Below are positions 52,675 through 61,550 of a stretch of 64,000 nt of DNA, piece by piece. The position numbers were made by a program, and so were the translations under genes. The stretch is taken from NCBI GenBank assembly GCA_035634055.1, contig DASQDR010000048.1, forward strand, positions 35,492-99,491, given 5' to 3'. Under the pieces are notes generated by a model. The model was given only the letters and a program-made list of their open reading frames with translations. It was not told the DNA's origin and ran no database searches. The stretch comes from Tepidisphaeraceae bacterium. GTDB lineage: Bacteria > Planctomycetota > Phycisphaerae > Tepidisphaerales > Tepidisphaeraceae. Position 1 is the first letter of the stretch; every line of letters begins with the position of its first letter.

Positions 52675-55600
52675 TTATCGGGCCTGGCCTTCGGCGAACA
52701 ACCTGCGGCTGGCGGCGACGTAGTCGAGCATTTGCTCCGACGACAGCGATCGCCAGCGGAGGAACTGGCGGCGAAGCTCGGTGAGGAACGGGCGGTTCAT
52801 GCGGTACCACGACCCGTCGTCGCCGCTGAGCCGGCGGAGCGTCACGCGCACCTCGTAGATATCCGGGTGCTCGCCCGGGCGGATGACGAGAGTCAATTCC
52901 TGGCGGACGCCGAGGTCGAACGGCGTGAGCCACACGATGGTCCGCAGCCCGCGTCCGGCATTGCCGTTGGCGGCGGGCGCGGCGGCGCCGCCTCGGTCGC
53001 CATTGCCGCTGCTGTTCGGGCCGTGGGTCAGGCTGGCAGCGCCGGCGGGCGCGGCGCGATTGGCACCGTCGCCAACCGCGCTCATGCCCGGGCCAGGGGC
53101 CGTGTCCACCAGCACCACGTTGCCGCGGTTGGCATCGCCGTCGCCATTGCCCCGGGCATAGCCCGGCCCGGAGAAGGCTTCGATCCGGTCGGCGGAGAAC
53201 TTGCCGATCGAGCCCTCGCGGTGGGCGGCGAAGAACTCGGCGAGATAGGCGATGGCCCCGTCGGCGGCGGTGCGGTTGATGGTGAACGGGAGGTCCGCCT
53301 CGATCTGCCCATCGCGCGGGCCGGGCACGCGCCAGCTCCGCTCGATGCTCGGCGCGGCGACGCGGGCAGCCATCCGCGCGGGGACGATGCTGCTGGCCAG
53401 CACGATCAGCAGGATCAGGCCCATCGTCATCATCGCGCTGGTGCCGGAGTAGTTGAGCGTGACGCCCGAGCCGAGCAGCCCGAGCTTGAGCAGCAGCGTT
53501 CCCGCCCCCTGCCCGATCACGTAGCCGAACACCACGCCGATCAGCCCGTAAACCATCGCCTCGGCCACGAAGAGCGCGCCCACGTGGAGCGGCGCGAGCC
53601 CGAGCGAGGTGTAGACGTGGATCTCGCGACGCCGCTCGGCGATCGAGCCGAGCATGGTGTTGAAGATGATCAGCCCCGCGATCGCCAGCGGGATGGCGAC
53701 CTGCCCCGCGCCGCTGACCGACGACAGGTTGCCGGCCGAGACCATCCGCACGCCGTCGCTGTAGCCGGCGAAGAGTGCGACGGCGAACCGGCGGGCCAGC
53801 TCGTCGGCGAGCAGCTTCACGTCGGCATCCGCGCGCGCCCCCCCGGCGGCGCTGTCGGCGGCGCGGACGGCGACGCTGCGCAACGCCGCGTTGGGCAGCA
53901 GCCGCGACAGCGACGCCGGCACGATCGCGAAATCCTGCGCGGGCAAATACTCGTACGTCGCGCCCAGCTCGCGGCCGGCGGCGTTGGCGTTGAGGTCGAG
54001 CGACTCGGCCGACGCGTCGCTCATCTGGCGCCCGCCGGCGTCCAGCAGGTTCGCCTCGAACTTCAGCGGCGCGATTGGCTCGCCGCTGAGCGCGCGCACC
54101 TCGCGGTCGAACCGCGCGGCGTCGAACAGCCCGGCCACCTGCACGTCGATGCCACCGATGCGGACGACGTCCCCCTCCTTCAGCCCGGCGGGGGCGGCCA
54201 TGGCGGTGCTGAGGTAGACGATGTCGCGCTCGCCGCGCTCCAGCCGCGCGAACTGCTGCGCCCCGAGGACCGACGCGACCGGGGAAAGCTGCGACTCCCC
54301 CGGCGACAGCCCGAGCAGCGCCGCGGCCGCGACGACCCGCGGCTTCCCCCCGCCGCCGCCCCACCAGTGGCTTGAGGTTCTGCACGATCACCGGCGGCAG
54401 CGGGCGGTAGCCGCGCTGGCGGAGCATCACGCCGGCATAGCGGCTGGCCTCACCCGCCGGCAGGGTGATCGTGTCGAGGTAGCGCGTGGTGCTGGTGAAG
54501 CACAGGACCGCGAAGGTGATCAGCACGATGGTGGTCGACGTCAGCACCGTGCGGAACCGCCGGCGGCGCATGTTGGCGATGCCGAGCAGCACCGCGCTGG
54601 TCAGCACGCTGGCGCGGGCGAAGCTCATCGACGTCGCCGGCGCCTCGCCGCGGCCGCCGGCGCGCAGGCGCTTCAGCTCGGCGTCGAACTTGCCGTAGAT
54701 GACGTACGTGACGACCGCCGACATGAAGATGATCGCGAACGCCAACACGATGATCAGCGGCGAGGAGCTGATCCGGAACGCCGGGTGAAACGCCCACAGC
54801 GCCGCGGTCATCAGCGCGAAGATGCCGACGGCGGCGGCGATCTGGCGGTAGATGCTGCTGGCGGCGACCAGCAGCCGCTCCATGCAGAACGCGAAGGGCA
54901 CGCAGAGCAGCAGCAGGAAGATCGCCCCGCGCACCACGTCGTTGGCCAGGTCCTGCGTCGCCGAGTAGACGCGCGCGTCGCTCGCCCAGGCACCGGTGGC
55001 GTGCCCCATGACCACCGAGGCGTCGCGCCCGGCAACGACCGCGGCTGCGGCGAGCTGCGCCTGCGACGTCGCGCTGACCTGCAACGAGTCGATCAGCGTG
55101 CTGCTCACGCCCGCCCGCCGGTAGTCCGCCTGGCGCAGCGCGTCCAGCCGGTTGAAGTCCCACGCCGTCGCCAGCGCCAGCGGGTGGAGCGCGCGAAGCT
55201 CCGCGACGGTGTAGCCCGCTCCCAGCTCCAGCGATGCCCGCCCGGCGTCGCTCGGGCGCGAGGTCGCCATGGCGCGCCCGCCGCTCATGTTGGTCAGCAG
55301 CAGGCGGTTGCCGACCCGGCCGAAGCGGAAGATCAGCGACGTGCGCGCCCCGGGCTCGACAAAGCCGGCCATCACGCGGTCGGCGACGACGACGTTGAAC
55401 CGCTGCGGCTCGGCGTTGCGCCGTGCGTCCAGCGGGACGACCTCGCCGAGGTCCTGGAGGAATCGCGGGTCGTACAGCCCGACCAGCGGGAACTCCTCGC
55501 ACGTGAACACGACGCTGCGCAGCGGGGGCAGGTCCTGCTTGAGGTCCGCGTAGAGCTTGATGGCGCCGAGCTGTCGGCCGAGGTCCGTGCAGGCGGTGAT

Positions 55601-57880
55601 CTGCCCGCTGCCCGGCTCCGGCCGGAAGGCGGCGACGGCGACGATCTGCTGCTCGCCAAGGCGCGGCATCGCCTCGAACAAATACGCGCCGTCGGCGTCG
55701 GTGGCGCGGACCTCGCTCCGGCGGACGCCCATGGCGTAGGGCATCGCCCTGGGCTGCGGGATGCGCGGCAGGTTGCTCTCGGTGTGCGCGTAGGTGACGA
55801 GGAACCCGTCGCGCGGCAGGTCGGGCACCGGGCGGCCGGGGGCGGCGCTGACGACCTGCCCGCTGAATTGCGTCCGCTGCCACTTCAGCTCCGCCGGGCC
55901 GCGAAACGCGGGGTCGGACCAGGCGCGGAGCAACAGCTCGCGCACGGCCTGGAACTGGCGGAAGATCGCGTCGGCGTCGAGGCGCTCCGGCGTGTCGGTC
56001 GGCGTGTCGCGGCGCAGGCGCACGTCGTCCAGCGTCATCAGTGTGAACCCGGGCACGCCCCACGCCTGGCACAGCTCCGACCCGATCGCCACCGGCGCGG
56101 CCCGCCAGGTCTCGGCGCTGCGCGCGCCGGCGAAGGGGGCGAGGTCGACTCGCCCGGCGATCTCGCCCCACCACGCCGCCGCCGGATCGTTGTCCAGGAA
56201 CGCGCGCTCCTGGCGGGTGAACCAGTCGCGGTGGTCCTGGATCTGGCTGATGTTCGAGGTGTCCTGGAAGTTGCCGACGAACATCGGCCCGACCCGCACG
56301 CCCCGGTCGGAGAGGTCCAGGGCGACCAGCAGCTCGATCAATCGGCTGTCGTTGGCGCGGGCGGCGGGATTGACGTCGCGGCCGATCGCGCGGGCGAGCC
56401 ATTCGTAAAGGTCGACGCGGTCGCGCAGCACCCTCAGGCGGGCCTCGTGCTGCGACGCCAGCGCGCGGGCGCGCGAGAGGGTGCGGACGAGGTATTCCCG
56501 TGCCGGCGGGTCCATCTCGCCGGTCAGGTCGCCCGGGCGCTGCACGAACGCGTAGCGGAGCCGGCCGAGCAGGCCCTGGCGATCGTCCAAATGCTTCTCG
56601 CGCTGGAGCGCCTCCGCGTTGGACGCCAGGCCGAGGTCGCGGCGGACGCGGAAGAGGATGTCCTGCTCCAGCGCCGCATCGGTCTCGATCACGCTGGCGA
56701 TGCGGTCGACGGCCGCGCGGTCCCGCGCGGGATCGAGCTGCGCCGGGGTTTGCGCGACGGCCGCCAGGCGATCGACGATGGCGCGGGTGCTGGTGAGCTT
56801 ACGCTCGACCTCCCCGATCTCCGGCCGCCAGTGGGCGGGGACGTCGCCGAGGGCCATGAACAGGTTCCGCGTCGCCAGCATCTGCACGCCGTCGCCGCCG
56901 CCGAAGAAGAACAGCACAGGGCGCGACGGCGGGTTGGCGGCAAGGTGGCGGAGCAGCGCCAGGCCGCTCGCGGTCTGCGCCGCCTGGCTGGCGCCGGGGG
57001 AGAGGTCGGGGACGAGGGAGGTCGAGTCGTAGGGGACGCTGATGACCAACGCGCCCGCGGCGCCGCCCCGCACGCCCGCGCTCCCGCCCCCGCTGCCGCC
57101 CCGGCTGCCCGGGGATCGATTTGCCGCGACCGGCGTCCCCGCGGGACGGACCAGCGCGTAGAAGTTGGTCGCGCTGCGGGGTTGCCAATCGACGGCGGCC
57201 CGGAGCGTCACCGGGTGCTGGATCGCGCCGGAGCGGAGGTCGTCGGCGAGCTTGCCGGGCGGGACGTAGAACCGCGGCAGGTCGGCCGGGGCAACCAATT
57301 CGTGGTGGCGCAGGTCGGCGTTGTTGGTCTGGTCGTTCCCCAGGATCAGCACCGCGCGGGCGCCGAAGGAAAAGGCGTGGGTCCACGCCGCCCCCGCCGC
57401 CGCCTCGACTACTGCGATCTGCCCCGCCAGGTCGCGCGGGGTGATCTGCTCGAAGCCGGCGTGGCGGACGTAGACGCAGCGGCCGGTGATGCCGTCGGCG
57501 GGCGTGGCGTTGACGCGGACGCCGGCGGGCCAGAAGGGGTAGATCTTCTCTCCCGCCCCGCCGCCCCCCCCGCCCCCGCCGACCCGCACCAGCTCCGCCC
57601 AGCGGGTGATGGGCACCATCACCTCGAACTCGTGGCGGCGGAAGTCGACGTTGGGCAGCTCGCGAAGCTGCCGCTCGATCCACTGCCCGGCCGCCTGGTA
57701 GCCATCGGAGCCGACGACGCGCGACGGGTGGGCGCAGAGTTGACGCAGGTCGGCGCGGAATCTGTCGCGGTCGCCGCCCGGTGCGTCGGCGGCGCCGGCG
57801 GCGCGGGTGAGCAGCGCGCAGGCGGTGGCCAACGCGAGGAAAATGGCCCGAAAATGACGCCGTCGGCACGGGGTAATCAC
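52675..57880 (-). CDS. Giant membrane protein: signal peptide, PA/M28-peptidase-like domain, two MacB/FtsX-type permease modules, about 230-aa C-terminal domain; reading frame broken once at a G-run
   Basis: Frame 1 (57880 down to about 54365) ends meaningfully at ...VIVQNLKPLVG. Frame 2 continues GGGGGKPRVVAAAALLGLSPGESQL...; it contains the FtsX motifs (IAERRREIHVYTSLGLAPLHVGALFVAEAMVYGLIG) and runs to the stop at 52675. Confidence 0.75.
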
Positions 57881-58450
57881 GTGGTCCTTTTAACGCCTTC
57901 CGGGGCGTCGGGGATTATCCGTTGGCGGTGGCGGCCCGGCAATTGCTCTGAGCCCCCTTGTCTCGCCGCGGCTCGGGAGTTGTCCCGGGGGCGGCCGGTA
58001 GTGTAAGATTCCGAGCAGGGTTGAGTGCTCCCTTCAACAGCTCTCGCACCTGATCCGGACAACCGGAACCCGATGCGATCGTTGCCGCCGCCGACGGAGC
58101 GCGCCGCTTCGCTGCCTGCCTACTGAGTGTAGGACCAGCGGTGCGGCAGGCGCGTGTCGGTCGGGCAGAGGGTCGAAGTGCATCCGCCGCCGCCGCGGTC
58201 CGACCCGCGCTGACGCCCGCGCGTCGCGCGGCGTCCAAAGCGCGCGGCCCGGGCCCGGAGCAGGTGGGCAGCAGCCGGGCGAAACTCGGGGCAGTTCACG
58301 GGCGGACCCCAGTTGTTGCAGGGTAATCCGCCGAGCCGTTGTTTGACGATGTAGAGGAAGCCAAGTCTTTCGCGCAGTCCCGGCACGAGGCCGGGCCCTT
58401 ACGGGGAATCCGTACCACACGCACGATCGCACGATGGAGGCGAATCGAAG

Positions 58451-58792
58451 ATGAGCCGTTTAGACAAGGTGCGTCCGCCGGTCACGCTTTCCGCGATCAC
58501 CGCGATCCCGGACCGGCGCCGCGACAACCGCAAGCCGCTGCACGGGCACGCCGTCCTGAAGGTGCTGGACGGCCCCGGCGCCAACACCACGCACGAGATC
58601 ATGACCCGCGACCTCTCGTTCAGCGGGGTCTCGTTCCTGCTCAAGGAGAGCCTGAGCGTCGGGCAGGAGTGCCACATCGAGATGCCCGGCCCGGGCGCCT
58701 CGACCACCACCCACCGCTGCGAGGTGATCCGCTCGCGCCCGCTGAGCAACGGCCGCTTCGAGATGGCCGTGCAGTTCCGGGCGAAGGTCTGA
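58451..58792 (+). CDS. PilZ-domain (c-di-GMP receptor) protein
   Basis: RRRDNR (RxxxR) followed by DLSFSGVSF (D/NxSxxG). Confidence 0.85.
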   Translation: MSRLDKVRPPVTLSAITAIPDRRRDNRKPLHGHAVLKVLDGPGANTTHEIMTRDLSFSGVSFLLKESLSVGQECHIEMPGPGASTTTHRCEVIRSRPLSNGRFEMAVQFRAKV

Positions 58793-58903
58793 TTTTTTCC
58801 GCGATGACGAGGTGACCGAGCTGAGAGAGGCGCTTGCCGCCGCCTGCTCACCTTCTCGCGCGGGGGCTGTCACGCCGGGCGGGCGTGCGGCTATCTTCCC
58901 TCC

Positions 58904-60820
58904 ATGCCCCTCACCGGCCTGAGCCCGTTCGGACCGATCTTTGGCAAGGAGCTTCGCACCGCCGCCCGGCGAAGGCGAAACTACCTGCTGCGCGTGGCCT
59001 ACCTCGGGGGGCTGCTGCTGTTCCTGCTGCTGGCGTACACCAGCACCCGCTCGGACTTCGGCGGCAGCACCTCGGCGCGGGCGCAGGCGCAGGAGCAGCT
59101 CGGGCGGGTCTTCTTCGTCTTCTTCTCGATGTTCTGCACCGGGGCGATGGCGCTGATCGGGCCGGTCGTCACCTCCACCGCCATCAACGGCGAGCGGCAG
59201 GCCAAGACGCTGCACGTGCTGCTCATGACGCCGCTGACGGCGTGGCAGATCGTCTCCGGCAAGCTCTTCTCCCGCCTGCTGACCCCCCTGACGCTGATCG
59301 GCCTGAGCCTGCCGGTGCTGGCGCTGGTGCGGTTGCTGGGCGGGGTCGAGCTGTGGGAGATGTTCTCGGTCATTGGCCTGAGCGCGACCGTCGCCATGAC
59401 CGGCGCGGCCGTCGGGCTGCTGCTGTCGATCGTCAACCGGCGGGCGTACGCGGTGATCCTGCTCGCCTACTTTGCGATGGCGGTGGTCTACATCTTCACG
59501 CCCATCCTGATCATGTCGTTCATCGCGGGGACCGGGCGGCTGGGGATGCTGCCGTGGTTCAAGTTCATCGCCGGCTACAACCCGTTCTTCGCCGTGATGA
59601 CGATCTCGATGCAGCAGGCTCGGATGTTCGCGCCGTCGCCGTTGGCGTGCATCCTGGGGCACCTGGCGGTGATCGCGGTGCTGCTGGCGGCGTCGGCGGC
59701 AATGGTCCGGCGGCTGGCGCGGCGCGAGGGGGAAGGAGCGGCGCTGGTCGTGACGCCGGCCTCGGGGGAATCGACAGCAGCGGACGGTCAGCCGGTTGGC
59801 GTCACGCCGGGCGACGCGCGGGCGGCGGCGACGGACGCCGGGGCGTCCGCGTCGTCTGCGGCGCGGGCGGCGCGACCGGCGCGCGGCGCCCGCCACGGCC
59901 GGACCGTCTCCGACCAGCCGGTCGCCTGGCGCGAGCTGCGCCGCCCGCTGATGGCCAAGCGGTGGCACCGGTTTGCCGCCGGCATCGTCGTCGCCGCGCT
60001 GATGCTCCTCGCGTACGGCGCCGCCTACGCCAATGACGGTTTGAACGACCGCGACTTTCACATCATGATCGCCTGCACCTTCCACACGCTGCTGGCGGTG
60101 CTGGCGTGCGTGCTGGCGGCGACCTCGATCGCGCAGGAAAAGGAAGGCGACTCCTGGATCGTCCTGCTCGCCAGCCCGCTATCGGGCGGTCAGATCATCT
60201 GGGGCAAGGCGGTCGGCGTCCTCCGCCGGCTGCTCTGGCCGGTGCTGCTGATCTGCGCTCACTTCATCGCGTTCGCCGTTGCCGGCATCGTCCGGCCGCC
60301 GGCGCTGGTGCTGGTGCTGGCGGTCATCATCTGCTTCAACCTGATCTGGGTGGCGACCGGCGTGCTGGCGTCGCTCTGGTTCCGCAAGGTCGCCGTCGCC
60401 GTCATCGTCAACCTCGCGCTGCCCGTCGCGCTCTATGGCGCGCTCACGCTGGTGGTGGCCGTGATCGACCAACTGCTGCACGCGCGCGAGGGGCTCCTGA
60501 ACCAGGTGCTGTGGTACCTGCCCTACTACTACCTCACCGAGGGGCTGCGAACCCGCCCGAGCGGCTGGGGAGGCATGGGCGGGGATGCACGCGTCTATGA
60601 GCTGCCCGGCGGGCTGGACACGCGGGTGGATCTGGGCGGCTTTGCGCTGGTGGCGGTCATCGTATCGCTGCTGCACGTCGCGGCGGCGGCGGGGATCCTG
60701 GCGCTGGCGGCGCGGGCGCTCAACGGGATGGTCGGGCGGGCGCCGCAGCGCGACCCGCTGCCGCGCAGCTCACCCGCGCCCGACCGAGCCGCGCCAAGCT
60801 GGGCGTCGCCGGCGGCTTAG
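58904..60820 (+). CDS. Fused double ABC-2-type permease (no ATPase adjacent)
   Basis: Two homologous halves, each starting with a KELR/WRELRRPL-type N-terminus and 6 TMs with the NGERQAKTLHVLLMTPL / AQEKEGDSWIVLLASPL motif. They are joined by an Ala/Arg-rich linker. Confidence 0.75.
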   Translation: MPLTGLSPFGPIFGKELRTAARRRRNYLLRVAYLGGLLLFLLLAYTSTRSDFGGSTSARAQAQEQLGRVFFVFFSMFCTGAMALIGPVVTSTAINGERQAKTLHVLLMTPLTAWQIVSGKLFSRLLTPLTLIGLSLPVLALVRLLGGVELWEMFSVIGLSATVAMTGAAVGLLLSIVNRRAYAVILLAYFAMAVVYIFTPILIMSFIAGTGRLGMLPWFKFIAGYNPFFAVMTISMQQARMFAPSPLACILGHLAVIAVLLAASAAMVRRLARREGEGAALVVTPASGESTAADGQPVGVTPGDARAAATDAGASASSAARAARPARGARHGRTVSDQPVAWRELRRPLMAKRWHRFAAGIVVAALMLLAYGAAYANDGLNDRDFHIMIACTFHTLLAVLACVLAATSIAQEKEGDSWIVLLASPLSGGQIIWGKAVGVLRRLLWPVLLICAHFIAFAVAGIVRPPALVLVLAVIICFNLIWVATGVLASLWFRKVAVAVIVNLALPVALYGALTLVVAVIDQLLHAREGLLNQVLWYLPYYYLTEGLRTRPSGWGGMGGDARVYELPGGLDTRVDLGGFALVAVIVSLLHVAAAAGILALAARALNGMVGRAPQRDPLPRSSPAPDRAAPSWASPAA

Positions 60821-61027
60821 CAAGAGCCCAACATCGTGATGCAGGTCACCGCCTGCGCGAAAAATGCGCCGCGGGCGAACTTCCGCGATCTTTCCGGCAT
60901 ACCGACTGGTGGGAGAGGCTTTCGAGCCGTTCACTTCTGACGCGTGTGCCCCGTGCGCACGCGGGGGAACAGTTCGGGTTCTCGCGCTTTAGTTGGAAGG
61001 CTACCTCACGCTTGAGGAGTCGAGCCC

Positions 61028-61303
61028 ATGTCGGACGAAACAAACCGCCGCACTTACGACGTCGCCATTGTCACCCAGTCGCTCGGGCAGCTTCACGAAT
61101 TCGTGACGCGCTGCAACGGCCGGATCGAGATCACCCGCCCGGGGAGCGACGAGCGCTGCGTGCTGATGAGCAAGCAGGAGCTGGACTGCCTGGAGCGGGC
61201 GCTGGAGATCCTCAGCGACACCGACGGCGTCCGCGACATCTGCGGCAAAATCGCCCAACTCGCCGCCGCCACCACCGAGCGAAGCGAGGCGCTGCCGGCG
61301 TAA
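61028..61303 (+). CDS. Phd/YefM-type antitoxin, apparently orphan
   Basis: CVLMSKQELDCLERALEILSDTDGVRDI matches the Phd/YefM C-terminal pattern. GAGGAG lies 8 nt upstream of the ATG. No toxin-like ORF lies downstream. Confidence 0.65.
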   Translation: MSDETNRRTYDVAIVTQSLGQLHEFVTRCNGRIEITRPGSDERCVLMSKQELDCLERALEILSDTDGVRDICGKIAQLAAATTERSEALPA

Positions 61304-61364
61304 CTCGCCCACCGCGGCGGCGCCGCCGCGGCGCGAGCTAAAGCGGCTCGCGTCCGGGTGTGCG

Positions 61365-61388
61365 TGGGCAGCACGCGTGCTGCCCACG
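61365..61388. repeat. Perfect 24-nt palindrome GTGGGCAGCACG|CGTGCTGCCCAC
   Basis: Direct reading. It lies 60 nt after the antitoxin stop and has no T-run. Confidence 0.8.
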
Positions 61389-61550
61389 CGGAGCGCGCCG
61401 ACTCGCGTGTCGTTCCAGCCCGCACTTCGTGCCGGCCTGCCCACTACACCTACTCGCGGAGCGCACGAGTGCCGATTGCTCAGGCGTTGGACGTGGAAGG
61501 CTGACCGCCTTTCCCTTCGTCGCTTCGTCGCTCTGTCTCTCTCCCCTCCC

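Noticed and set aside
52550-57880. 1776-aa continuous ORF
   Set aside because: Downstream of about 54365 this frame is Arg/Ala/Gly nonsense. The real continuation is in the frame of the 508-aa ORF (52675..54201 and upstream to about 54389).
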